Of a stretch of DNA of 64,000 nucleotides, positions 12,001 through 25,008 are shown piece by piece. The stretch comes from the human T2T-CHM13v2.0 reference genome, Homo sapiens. The notes under the pieces are model-generated. The model saw only the letters and a list, made by a program, of their open reading frames with translations. It made no database searches and was not told the DNA's origin. Numbering within the stretch: the first letter of the stretch is position 1; every line of letters begins with the position of its first letter. The stretch is taken from assembly GCF_009914755.1 (NCBI RefSeq), contig NC_060938.1; one strand, given 5' to 3'. The translations under genes were made by a program, and so were the position numbers.

Positions 12001-14274
12001 GGGGTCAGAGGAATAGAAAGGGACAGGGCTGAAGAACACAGGTCGCTGCATTTAGAAAGGAGGCGGGGTCAGAGGAATAGAAAGGGACAGGGCTGAAGAA
12101 CACAGGTCGCTGCATTTAGAAAGGAGGCGGGGTCAGAGGAATAGAAAGGGATAGGCCTGAAGAACACAGGTCGCTGCATTTAGAAAGGAGGCGGGGTCAG
12201 AGGAATAGAAAGGGATAGGGCTGAAGAACACAGGTCGCTGCATTTAGAAAGGAGGCGGGGTCAGAGGAATAGAAAGGGATAGGCCTGAAGAACACAGGTC
12301 GCTGCATTTAGAAAGGAGGCGGGGTCAGAGGAATAGAAAGGGATGGGACTGAAGAACAGAGGTCGCTGCATTTAGAAAGGAGGCGGGGTCAGAGGAATAG
12401 AAAGGGACAGGGCTGAAGAACACAGGTCGCTGCATTTAGAAAGGAGGCGGGGTCAGAGGAATAGAAAGGGACAGGGCTGAAGAACACAGGTCGCTGCATT
12501 TAGAAAGGAGGCGGGGTCAGAGGAATAGAAAGGGACAGGGCTGAAGAACACAGGTCGCTGCATTTAGAAAGGAGGCGGGGTCAGAGGAATAGAAAGGGAT
12601 AGGCCTGAAGAACACAGGTCGCTGCATTTAGAAAGGAGGCGGGGTCAGAGGAATAGAAAGGGACAGGGCTGAAGAACACAGGTCGCTGCATTTAGAAAGG
12701 AGGCGGGGTCAGAGGAATAGAAAGGGACAGGGCTGAAGAACACAGGTCGCTGCATTTAGAAAGGAGGCGGGGTCAGAGGAATAGAAAGGGATAGGCCTGA
12801 AGAACACAGGTCGCTGCATTTAGAAAGGAGGCGGGGTCAGAGGAATAGAAAGGGATAGGGCTGAAGAACAGAGGTCGCTGCATTTAGAAAGGAGGCGGGG
12901 TCAGAGGAATAGAATGGGATAGGACTGAAGAACAGAGGTCGCTGCATTTAGAAAGGAGGCGGGGTCAGAGGAATAGAAAGGGACAGGGCTGAAGAACACA
13001 GGTCGCTGCATTTAGAAAGGAGGCGGGGTCAGAGGAATAGAAAGGGACAGGACTGAAGAACACAGGTCGCTGCATTTAGAAAGGAGGCGGGGTCAGAGGA
13101 ATAGAAAGGGACAGGGCTGAAGAACACAGGTCGCTGCATTTAGAAAGGAGGCGGGGTCAGAGGAATAGAAAGGGACAGGGCTGAAGAACAGAGGTCGCTG
13201 CATTTAGAAAGGAGGCGGGGTCAGAGGAATAGAAAGGGACAGGGCTGAAGAACACAGGTCGCTGCATTTAGAAAGGAGGCGGGGTCAGAGGAATAGAAAG
13301 GGACAGGGCTGAAGAACACAGGTCGCTGCATTTAGAAAGGAGGCGGGGTCAGAGGAATAGAAAGGGACAGGGCTGAAGAACACAGGTCGCTGCATTTAGA
13401 AAGGAGGCGGGGTCAGAGGAATAGAAAGGGACAGGGCTGAAGAACAGAGGTCGCTGCATTTAGAAAGGAGGCGGGGTCAGAGGAATAGAAAGGGACAGGG
13501 CTGAAGAACAGAGGTCGCTGCATTTAGAAAGGAGGCGGGGTCAGAGGAATAGAAAGGGATAGGACTGAAGAACACAGGTCGCTGCATTTAGAAAGGAGGC
13601 GGGGTCAGAGGAATAGAAAGGGATAGGCCTGAAGAACACAGGTCGCTGCATTTAGAAAGGAGGGGGTTCAGAGGAATAGAAAGGGACAGGGCTGAAGAAC
13701 AGAGGTCGCTGCATTTAGAAAGGAGGCGGGGTCAGAGGAATAGAAAGGGACAGGGCTGAAGAACACAGGTCGCTGCATTTAGAAAGGAGGCGGGGTCAGA
13801 GGAATAGAAAGGTACAGGGCTGAAGAACAGAGGTCGCTGCATTTAGAAAGGAGGCGGGGTCAGAGGAATAGAAAGGGACAGGGCTGAAGAACAGAGGTCG
13901 CTGCATTTAGAAAGGAGGCGGGTTCAGAGGAATAGAAAGGGACAGGACAGAAGAACACAGGTCGCTGCATTTAGAAAGGAGGCGGGGTCAGAGGAATAGA
14001 AAGGGATAGGGCTGAAGAACAGAGGTCGCTGCATTTAGAAAGGAGGCGGGGTCAGTAGAATAGAAAGGGACAGGACAGAAGAACACAGGTCGCTGCATTT
14101 AGAAAGGAGGCGGGGTCAGAGGAATAGAAAGGGATAGGGCTGAAGAACAGAGGTCGCTGCATTTAGAAAGGAGGCGGGGTTAGAGGAATAGAAAGGGATA
14201 GGGCTGAAGAACACAGGTCGCTGCATTTAGAAAGGAGGCGGGGTCAGAGGAATAGAAAGGGACAGGGCTGAAGA
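1..14274 (+). repeat. 64-bp tandem satellite array (WaluSat-like), ~223 monomers in the window, continuing beyond the left edge
   Basis: Monomer AGAACA(C/G)AGGTCGCTGCATTTAGAAAGGAGGCGGGGTCAGAGGAATAGAAAGGGA(C/T)AGGGCTGA repeats with an exact 64-bp phase. I found one 1-bp deletion (~13664). The WaluSat name rests on my recollection of the 64-bp T2T-described satellite of acrocentric short arms. Confidence 0.95.
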
Positions 14275-14578
14275 TCCATGTGTTCTTATAGTTCAGCTCC
14301 CACTTATAAGTGAGAAGATGCAGTGTTTGGTTTTTTCTTCCTGCAGTAGTTTGCTGAAGATATCAGCTTCGGGTTCATCCATATCCCTGCAAAGAGCACG
14401 ATCTCATTCATTTTTATGGCTCCATAGTATTCCATGGTGTATATATACCACATTTTCTTTATGCCATTATCACTGATAATGTCCACCTGGGTTGATTCCA
14501 TGTCTTTACTATTGTGAATAGTGCTGCAGTGAACATACAAATGCATGTATCTTTATAATAGAATAATTTATATTCCAA
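14275..14578 (-). mobile_element. L1P 3' fragment (ORF2 end / start of 3'UTR), truncated at both ends
   Basis: The minus-strand translation includes IKKMWYIYTMEYYGAIKMNE. tccatgtgttc...cagctcccactta matches the L1PA 3' region. No polyA is present because the fragment abuts the satellite. Confidence 0.85.
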
Positions 14579-14789
14579 TGTATGGTAATTTTAAATCAGT
14601 TTTGGTATTAAAAATCATGCATTTTGGAAAATATTGATAATGGAAAAACCCAAATTCTGCCAAAATATGTTGATAAAATAGAGGGTAAATATATCTTTTC
14701 AAACTTTAAATGCCTCAGGCTCTTAGTTAATCTTCCCCAGATCTGGGAAGACCTAGAAGGGGAGAGATTGGGCTACCTTAATGAGGGCC

Positions 14790-15040
14790 ATTTCAATCTC
14801 TTGGCCTGCAGCAGCCATTTCAAAATACGTCAAAAAATATATTTGGGGGTAAAATATTTTGATTTCCTTCAGCCTCTTCTCTCTGTGATGCTGCACCAGA
14901 ATCAGATTAGAAAGGAAGCCACATTATAAGTGTTAATAAAACCCATCTGATGAGATTTGATAGTTTGAAGGGTGTGTTTCCCAGACCCTTTAGATAGAAA
15001 TTGGGGCCAAAGAAAACAAGGTCTTATTCCTCTATATAAA
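14790..15040 (-). mobile_element. ERV1 MER4-group (MER34/MER39-like) fragment: end of internal region, PPT and start of 3' LTR
   Basis: The minus strand reads AGAGAGAAGAGGC|TGAAGGAAATCAAAATATTTTACCCCCAAATATATTT, i.e. a purine tract followed by a TG-initiated LTR start at 14871. Subfamily is from recalled consensus. Confidence 0.55.
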
Positions 15041-15254
15041 TCTGTCAGTGCTTTAAGCAGTGAAAGAAAGATTTTTCATTTAATTTTACAGACTTGATAC
15101 TAATGAAAAGGATAGCTTGTAAAATATAAATCTCTTTTTCTATAAAAAGGACATGTTGTTGATTCTCTTAGACCTTGAACCCTGGCCAGTGATTTGAAAC
15201 CAAGCAGTACCTATCTCCGGATCTCTAGTACCAAATTAATTCGGGGTGGGGGGG

Positions 15255-17050
15255 TAACAGGTTTATTGAGAAATAATGAACACACCATGCAATTCACTCA
15301 TTTAAAGTATACAATTCATTAACTTTAGTATTTTCAGAGTTATGCCGTCATCATTACAATTAATTTTAGAACATTTTCATCACCCTAAAAACAAACCCCA
15401 CATCATTTAGCCATCTTCACTAGTTTTCCCTTCCTCCCTCAGCCCTAGGGAACCACCCAGCTTCTTTGTATAGATTTGCCTATAAGCCTCTGAAATAAAA
15501 AGCAAGTGGTCTGCTGGGACTGGCTTATTTCACTTAGCATAATTTTTCATGCTGCATCTGTGCTGTAGCAGGTATAGATGCCGGGTTTTTGCTCCTTAGT
15601 TCAGCTACATCTGGGTTCTTCTCTCGTGACCAGGAAAAATTAAGCATGCAGACACATTGAGGAGGGCAGAATTTATTATGTGAAAGGACAGCTCTCAGCA
15701 AAGAGAGGGGTCCTGCAAACAGGTTTCCACCTCACAATTGAATACCAGGAGCACATGAGCTGAAGCGGCCAGGCTCCTCCTCTGCATAAGGCGTGAATTC
15801 CTGGTGACTCCACCCCATCCCCCCACTGCATGTGGGCCTCCGGTCTGCTGCGGGCATGTCCAGGCAAGACAAGTCCAGCTTCCCTTATCTGCACATAACA
15901 TCTGGTGTAAACACTTGTGGAGCTGGTTGGAGATTCTCCGGGGACCCTTCCGTATCTGCCTAGGCATTTTGCTGTCTCCTCCTAATACGGTATCTGTACT
16001 TAATTTCTTCTTATTGCTGAGTAATAATCCATTGTATGGATACATCAAACATTTTATTTATCCATTTGCCAGGTGATGGGACCTTTGGGTTCTCTCCCAC
16101 CCAAAGGTGACAGACGTTCTGGTTCTTTCCACCTTTTGACTACTATTAATAATGCTGCTGTAAACATTTATGTATGAGTTTTTGTGCTTGTGTATGTTTT
16201 TATTTTTCTGGAGTATATATTTATGACTGGAATTTCTGTGTCATATGGTAACTTTATGCTTAACCCTTTAAGGAGCTGCCAGTTTGTTTTCCAAAGTGGC
16301 TGCATCACTTTACATTCCCAGCAGCATTAGATAAGGGTTTTAATTTCTTTACATTTTTTTCTAACCCTCTTTTTTCTTGAACAAAGATTTTATCCTGTGG
16401 TGTGAAGTGATACCACATGTGGTTTTGATTTACATTTTCCTAATGACTAATTACATTAAGCATCTATTAATGTGCTTATCCATCTTTATATCTGCTTTGC
16501 AGATATATCTATTCAAAATCTTTGACCATTTTTTAAAATTGGCTTATCTTGTTATTTATTAATTGCAAGAGTTATTTATATTTCCTATATATGTAAGTCC
16601 CTTATCAGATACACGCTTTTCAAATACTTTCTTCTACTTGGCGTCTTACCTTTTCACTTCTTCATACTGTCTTCTGAGGCACAGCAGTTTTCAATTTTGA
16701 AGTCCATTGAATCCATTTTTCCTTTGGAGTCATAGCTAAGAAACCACTGGCAAATGCTGTCACAAAGATTTATGCCAGTGTTTTCTTCTGAGGGTTTTAT
16801 AGTTTTAGCTTTTACAGTTAACTATTTTATTTTGAGTTAATTTTTAAATAAGATATTTGGTCGAACTTTATTTATTTTTTCTTATGGATACCCAGTTGTC
16901 CCAGCACCATTTGTTGAAAAGACTATTCTTTTCCCATTGTGTTCTTTCGTTAAGTTTGTATAAAATCAATTGATTGTAAAAGTGCAAGCTTATTTTTAGA
17001 TTGTCAATTCTTAGCTTCTTTATGTCTATTCTTATGTCAAGGCCCAATCG
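15255..17050 (-). mobile_element. Old L1M (3'UTR and ORF2 end) fragments, interrupted by an LTR
   Basis: The minus-strand ORF contains [16 protein letters not shown] (L1 ORF2). Typical antisense L1M tracts are present (ccaaagtggctgcatcactttacattccca). Confidence 0.75.
15573..15988 (-). mobile_element. ERV1 LTR (MER4-group-like) inserted in the L1M
   Basis: A GC-richer ~415-bp block interrupts contiguous L1M sequence (gtagcaggtat ... ggtatctgtactt). Its motifs (tctcgtgaccaggaaaaattaagcatgcagacacattga) resemble antisense MER4-group LTRs. Confidence 0.5.
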
Positions 17051-18349
17051 AATTGAATGAGAAGTTTTTTTCAATCATGTTGCATATTACCAGTTGTCTT
17101 ATGTCATAATAAAAATTAAATTTAGTGGAATATCTGTAACTTCACCTTTTGTGTCACAAAGGAGTCTCTGGCCAGCTTATACCTTACTTCGTCTAAGACA
17201 TGATCAGACGCTAGGCTGACAAGACACATTTAATTTCTTTTTTTCTCCATTCAAGCCTTTAGTCTCTTTTCCATTGCCTCCCGCTATAGTTATATTTTCA
17301 GTAAGTTTTGGTCGCAGGATCTGCTGACATAGTCTAATATTTAGTGCATTATGTTTTACTAACTCATTATAATTCATAGAACCTTCCATAGATGTTTACC
17401 ATCGAGGAAGGAGAAGTTTAAGTCTGAACCACCAGCTTTCCTCAGTGGAAATCAAGTGAAGTCATCATCTTGCAGTTTACAGACCCTCTTTCCTCCTGGT
17501 AGCTGGTTCTCTTGGGTAGTACTGTAGCTAATCCTTTTCTTAGTGCAGAACTTGCATTCTCAGAGACCACAGTTCCCTGTATTGACCTGCTTTTACTGAA
17601 ACAGAGATGCACAGCTCTGCTTTCTAGCTCAGTAGAGGATTCTTGGAATAAAACGTTTAACTCATTCCAAGAAAAAGTCTTAGGAGTGCAGCACTTCAAA
17701 ATCAGGTAATGTTCAGGCAATTTATCAGAGACACATAGTAGGTTAGTATTTTGACTTTCAAAATTTCGGAGCCAAGTTGTGTGCTATAGAGAAGCATTGT
17801 GGCATAACATAGAGATGGGATGGTCTTAACTTCTCCATACAAACAAGCTTGGAGTAAGGTAAAGGAGAAATTGCATTTGATGTCTTAACACTCAAAACAC
17901 ACTATGCTTATTTTACTTCTGTGAAGACTAAAAATCATTCCATAATCTCCTTATTTGCTCATTTAGAAAAGAAAATGAAAATTGAATACTAGGTTGATTA
18001 ATAAACACTCAAAGCTTCTTCTTTTAGAATTTTAGTTAATTGAAATCAGGTAAATGTCTGATTTTGCCTATGTCACCAAGTATCTCTAGTTGTTTTTCAA
18101 ATCATACATCTTCTTGCTTCCCAGTCTTATTTCCTAACTTGAGGGGAAATTGTAAGGAGACATCCTTGCCTTGTTATCAGAGTTCATAATTGAAGGAGTT
18201 TTAGGAAAATTCCTCCTCAGCAGCTTATGTCTCTCTCCTGGTTATCTGCTGCTTCTCAATAATGTTTGACATCAATAAATAAATCTCAACATTTATTAGA
18301 TCCTACTTTAAAGGAGACTTTTCTGCTGCATAAGTTATGTTTCCTGTTG

Positions 18350-18750
18350 TCTCTTTTTAAAAGTTATTTTTCTAACAATTACCCAGAGTCTTGTGGCTTG
18401 AAAGAAAAACATTTATTTTGTTCATGAACCTGTGTTTTGGGAAAAACTTGGCCAGAACAGCTTGTCTCTGCTCCCTTCAGCTTCCCTAGGAAGAGCTGAT
18501 CAGTTGGGGAAATGGAATCCTCTGAAGCTTTGGTCACCCACTTGTTTGATGGTTGATGCTGGCCATCGGCTGTAAACTTGGTTGGGACAGGCAGCATGAA
18601 CACTGACACAGGCACTTTCAGGCTCTCACAATTGGGGCTGGGTTCCAAGGGAAAACAGTCTGAGATAGGGAAGCCACATGGTATCCCTTTCACTACATTC
18701 TACTCATTAGAAGGAAGTCAGTAAGGCTGGCCCATATTCTGCTTTTTAAA
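18350..18750 (-). mobile_element. MLT1-type MaLR LTR (degenerate)
   Basis: taacaattacccagagtcttgtggcttgaaagaaaaacatttatt is the typical antisense MLT1 3' end. Confidence 0.55.
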
Positions 18751-18769
18751 TGGGATGAATGTAGCTTCT

Positions 18770-20505
18770 CTTTTGTTTTAATTGACACATATATACATAA
18801 TTATGGGCTATAGAGTGATATTTTTATACATGTATATAGTGTGTAATGATCAAGCTAACTAGCACATTTACTACTTCAACCATTTTTCATTTCTTTGAAT
18901 TGTGAACATTCAAAATCTTCTGGCTTTTTAAAAATATACAATAAGTCATAGTTAACCATATTCACCCTACAATGCCACAGAACACCAGAACCCACTCCTC
19001 TTATCTAACTGTAATTCTGTATCCATTAACCAGCCTCACCTCCCCTACTTCTGTGAGCTTTTTTTTGTTAAGAGACAGGGTCTTGCTAGTGTAGTCTGGG
19101 CTCTGGGCAACTGTAGTCACCCAGACTGGAGACAGTGGTTTGATCATAGTTCACTGCAGCCTCAAACTCTTGGGCCCATCTGATCCTCACACCTCAGCCT
19201 CCTGAGCAGCTGGCATTATGGGCATGCACCATTGCACATGTCTGATTTTTGACTTTGTAGAGATATCTCCCTATGTTTCCCAGGGAGCTCTGGAACTTTT
19301 GGCCTCAAATGATTCTCTTGCCTTGGTCTTACAAAGAGCTAGGAAATTACAGGCATCAGCCATATTGCCCAGCCTTCAATTTTCCTTTAGCTCCCACACA
19401 TGAGTAAGAATGTGCAGTATTTATCTTTCTGTGTCTGCACTTAACATAACATCCGTCAGACTGATCCACGTGGCCACGAATAACAGGATTTAATTCCTTT
19501 ATACGGTGAATACTATTCCACTGTGTTTGTGTGCCACAGTTTTTCGTCCATTCATTTGGTGATGGACATGTAGGTTGATTCCATACACAAGCTGTTGTGG
19601 ATAGTGCTACAGTAAACATATGAGGACAGGTATCCTTTTGATCTATTGTTTTCTTTTCTATTGCCTGAATACCCAGTAGTGGGGTTGCTGGATCCCTCGG
19701 CAGTCCCATTATTAGTTTTTTTGAGAAAACCTCCTGTTGTTCTCTATAGTGGCTGCACTAATTTACCTTCCCACCAACAGCATGTAAGAGTTTACTGTTC
19801 TCTGGAGCCTCACGAGCATTTGTTAATTTTTTTGTCTTTTCAATGACAGCAATTTATTCAAATTGAAGCAAGATTATATCACATTGTAGATTTGATTTGT
19901 ATTTCCCTGAGGATTAGTGATACTGAGCATTTTAAAATTTATTTATTGGTTATTTGTATTTCTTTTTCTAAAAAAAAGTATAGTTATATATTTTGCCCAA
20001 TTTTGAACTCAGATTTTTTTTACTGTGAAGTTGTTTGAGTTTTTTTGTATATTTTGTATATTAGTCCCTTATTAGGTGAATAGCTTGACAATATTTTCTC
20101 CTATTCTACAGGTTTTTTCCTCACTCAGTTGTTTGCTGGACAGAAGCTCTTTAGCTTAATGTAGTGTCATTTGTCTATGATTTGTTGTTTGCCTATGCTT
20201 CTGATGTCTTACCCATAAAAATCTTTGTGCAGACTAATGTCCTCAAGCATTTTCCCTATATTTACTTAGAGTAGTTTGATAATTTTGGGCCTTACATTTC
20301 AGTCTTCAATCGATTCTGAGTTTATGTTGTTATATGGTGTTACATAGGAAGCTAATATCATTCTTCTCCATATGGATATTTAGTTTTCCCAGTGTCATTC
20401 ATTTGAAGAGGCTGTCCTTTCCCCAGCGTATGTTCTTGGCATGTTCGTCCAAAATCAGTTGGCTGGAAATATGTGGATTTATTTCTGGGTGCCGTATTCT
20501 ATGGT
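18770..20505 (-). mobile_element. L1M (L1MA/MB-like) 3' part, interrupted by an AluJ
   Basis: Minus-strand ORF LPRDPATPLLGI...KDTCPHMFTVAL..WNQPTCP is the L1 ORF2 C-terminus. An old-type 3'UTR is at 18770-19050. Confidence 0.8.
19059..19374 (-). mobile_element. AluJ-like (diverged)
   Basis: T-tract followed by agagacagggtcttgct...cactgcagcctcaaactc...ccatattgcccagcc. Confidence 0.8.
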
Positions 20506-20619
20506 CTTTACCCCAAGAATCATTACTTCTTAAAATGCAATTCAAATTAGCATGAAACATTTGCAGTTTAAGGAAAGGCTTATAGCATCAGAATCCTTAA
20601 TCATAGATTTCATTATTTT

Positions 20620-20910
20620 GTGTTGTTTTTTTGAGATAGGGTCTTTGTCTGTCATCCAGGCAGAAGTGCAGTGATAATAATTCACTGCAGCCCTGAACTC
20701 TGGGTACAAGCCATCCTTTTGCCTCAGTATCCCAACTAGCTGGTTCTACAGGCATGAGCCACCATGCCCGGGTAATTAAAAAAATTTTTTTTGTAGAGAT
20801 GGGGGTCTCACTATGTTGCTCTGGCTGATCTCAAATTCCTGGCCTCAAGTGATCTTTCTGCCACAGCTTTTTAAAGTGCTAGGATTACAGGCATGAACCA
20901 CCATGCCTAA
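20620..20910 (-). mobile_element. AluJ-like
   Basis: gagatagggtctt...ctcactatgttgc...cctggcctcaagtgatc...ggattacaggcatgaaccacc. Confidence 0.85.
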
Positions 20911-21257
20911 TATAGAGTGTAATATTATTTTCAAAGTCTTATTCCTAGGCCCATTTATTGACTTTGGCCTAAATAACTCAATATGATATCTCTGAAACTT
21001 TTTTTGACATACTGTGGGGAATGATAATGAAGGAAGGGGGTTAGACACTTTTTACTAGGAGATAACTTTGTGCCATTTAAGGAGGAACAAAAATGAATTA
21101 TCGAAAAATAAAAGTAAAATGAAGTACAAAAATTCTGTGGCAAAGATGATGATAGTAAAGAATATATTTTTATGACTCATGGTAGCTTTAACTTTGTTCT
21201 TAAAATTCTGAGTAATTTCAGTGTTCACATTTGAAGAATCTGCTGCATTACAGATAA

Positions 21258-21758
<501 letters not shown>

Positions 21759-22222
21759 TAGAAAAAAATGGTATCTCTTTTTTCTTTTAAATATTTAAAT
21801 TTCCATTATTATTGTAACAAAATCAATCTTTCAGAGTAATGATTCTCATTATGGAGTCATTTGATGATTAAGACCAGTTGGCATAGGAAGAAATTGTGAT
21901 TTAGAAATTATGTGATAATTATGAATTGGTCTTAAGCTACAGTGTTCATTGATCACTTTTTCAAATTACGAATGGATTCTATTACTTTTTATATGACCAG
22001 ATTACATTAATACTAGCATAATTATGATTTCAACTTTTTACAAATCAGACTTAATTCTGAATTCAGTTATTAGTTTTGATATTGCTGAAATATTTTAACC
22101 TTCAGCCTCTTTTTTAACATATTCAAAAATATTCTTTGAATCACTGACTCAAAATGAAAGGCAACAAACATAATAATTAGGTTATAATTGTTTTAAAAGT
22201 GTATTCTTTTCCTCTGTTTTAG

Positions 22223-22437
<215 letters not shown>

Positions 22438-23773
22438 TAAGTCAAAACATACACTCATAGAAAATGAATTAACCTCATTAATTTGTTTCAAAAGCATAAT
22501 TTTTAGTGAGATGGCTTCAGGAGATTAGAAGGAAGTGAATGTTAATTTGACAATGTAATTTTGAAAAATAATGTTAGTAAATAATCTTACCTTTAAAATG
22601 TTAGTCAAAGATAGTTTTTGTCTCTCCCCTCATTTTTTTTTTTTGCTTTTGTATGGCTTTTTTTCCTGAAAAGTCTCAGGTAATTAACCTGATCTGTTAG
22701 TTTTCTTCACTAAGTATTTTTGAAGCTTTATAATTAATGAAGTGATCTTGTTATAAAATTACTTGTCAGAATTTCCCTAAATAGAAATATTAATGTGTTT
22801 AATTTACTTTTCTGTAGATCACAACCTAAATGCAAAGTGGTACTGCTACTCTGGGCACAATTGTTTTTGATTGTGATCTTTAGTATTATCACCAGAGTGT
22901 GCCTCAAGAAAGACTATTTGTGTAACATATTCAAGATGTTACAGAAAGGCACCCTTGTGAAATAGGGAATAATTATCACAGGAATTTAAAGAAGTGTAAT
23001 TCACAAAGCGGTTAAAAAATAACACCTTGTTCAGCCTGAAGCGTTGTGTGGAAGGCAGAAAGAACATGCCCCACCTCCAGGGCCTTGGTCACAGTGTTGG
23101 GGGCTAATTGCCTTCAGAGATGCTTTAGTTCTTTTTGATCACCAACCAGACAATCTAGTTCTCCCCTAGGAGTTGTTGCTCTGAATTATTCCTCAGTGCC
23201 AAATGTGTAATTGGTCCTAGATAATGGGTGAAATGTACAAGAGTGAAATCTAAAACTGGTTTACTAAACACAAGTATTCCTAGATTTTTTTTGTTTATTT
23301 TAGTTTTCTTCACCTACATTAAGGAGTACAACATGATGTTTTGATATAATTATTTCTAGTGAAGTGGTTCTTATAATCAAGCAAATCAACATATTCATTT
23401 TCCCACATTATTACCCTTTAAATACAAGTATTTCTAATGGAATCTTCAGAATCTTACAAGTAGAGCCATTTTAGAAGGCAGGAAGTTTTACCTGTTGAGC
23501 CATACATCACTGATAGCCATTTCTCTTCCCTGTCTACTTTGTTTGAACTGCTTGTTCAGTAGAAATCACCTTAGAAACAATGGTGCTTCTTTAGAATGAT
23601 TTTAAAATTATAATTCCTTACAACAGGTATGCTCTTACACATCTTCTGTGTGAAAACACTATTTAGTGAGTAATTTGGTTTACTCTCAGGGTAAGTTTTT
23701 AAAAACTGCAAGTCATTAAGAATCATTTAAGGAAAAATGAAATACTAAGCATTTGTCTTTGCTACCTTTACAG

Positions 23774-23993
<220 letters not shown>

Positions 23994-24366
23994 GTTAGTT
24001 ATATGACCGTTTCTCTTTAGGGTTTCATTTCTCTAGCGTAATTCTTGTTTATAATTTGGTGAAATACTGAGTTGTTCTGTTGACTTTTGCATGTGAAGTA
24101 AAGATCATAATTAGCTGTGTTAACACAGAAAGGAAATGGGAACTTTACATTTTTTAATTCCCTGGAGCTCTCATTTTCAAGAGATATCCATTTGCTAACT
24201 TTATTCAATAAATGTGACTAAACTGACACGTTTGAAATGTCTTTAAAAGCTGCATTTAAGTTAGGTTTTAGAAATTGCATGTTATTGCCTGATAACTGAT
24301 GATATACTTTGAGATGCTTTGGCTTACTCTCTAATTGATTATAGTTTAGCTGTGGTTCATACCACA

Positions 24367-24668
24367 TTTTTTTTTCTTTTTTTTGAGGCAGTGTCTCACT
24401 CTGTCACCCAGGCTGGAGTGTCTTGGTGCCATCTATCTCCACTCACTGCAACCTCCACCTCCCGGGTTCAAGTGATTCTCCTGCCTCAGCCTCCTGAGTA
24501 GCTGAGACTACAAGCACCCACCATTACACCCAGCTAATGTTTGCATTTTTAGTAGAGACAGGGTTTCACCATATTGGCCAGGCTCTTCTTGAACTCCTGA
24601 CCTTGTGATCTGCCTGCCTGAGCCTCTCAAAGTGCTGGGATTACAGGCATGAGCCACCGCACCCGGCC
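24367..24668 (-). mobile_element. AluS
   Basis: Full antisense dimer ending gagccaccgcacccggcc. Confidence 0.92.
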
Positions 24669-24696
24669 CATGTCACTTTTAAAGTTTCTTTGCACC

Positions 24697-25008
24697 AGCC
24701 AGGTGCAGTGGCTCATGCCTGTAATCCCAGCACTTTGGGAGGCCGAGGCAGGTGTATCACGAGGTCAGGAGTTCAAGACCAGCCTGGCCAAGATGGTGAA
24801 ACCCCATCTCTACTAAAAGTACAAAAAAAAAAAAAATATTAGCCTGGTGCGGTGGTGGGCACCTGAAATCCCAGCTACTAGGAAGGCTGAGGCAGAGAAT
24901 TGCTTGAACCTGGGAGACGGAGGTTGCAGGAGCTGAGATTGCACCACTGCACTCCAACGTGGGTGACAGGGCAAGACTCCATCTTGAAAATAAAAAAAAT
25001 TAAAAAAA
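24697..25008 (+). mobile_element. AluS
   Basis: Full dimer with A-tail. TSD aaagttt(c/a)tttgcacc on both sides. Confidence 0.92.

Noticed and set aside
1-14274. Array as a CRISPR locus or a coding repeat
   Set aside because: There are no unique spacers, only near-identical contiguous monomers. The 64-bp unit is not a multiple of 3, the ORF track shows nothing here, and the context is primate DNA.
17544-17705. Possible exon (ttttcttag ... cag|gtaatg) within a 65-aa ORF
   Set aside because: I recognise no protein similarity, and splice-like motifs alone are insufficient.
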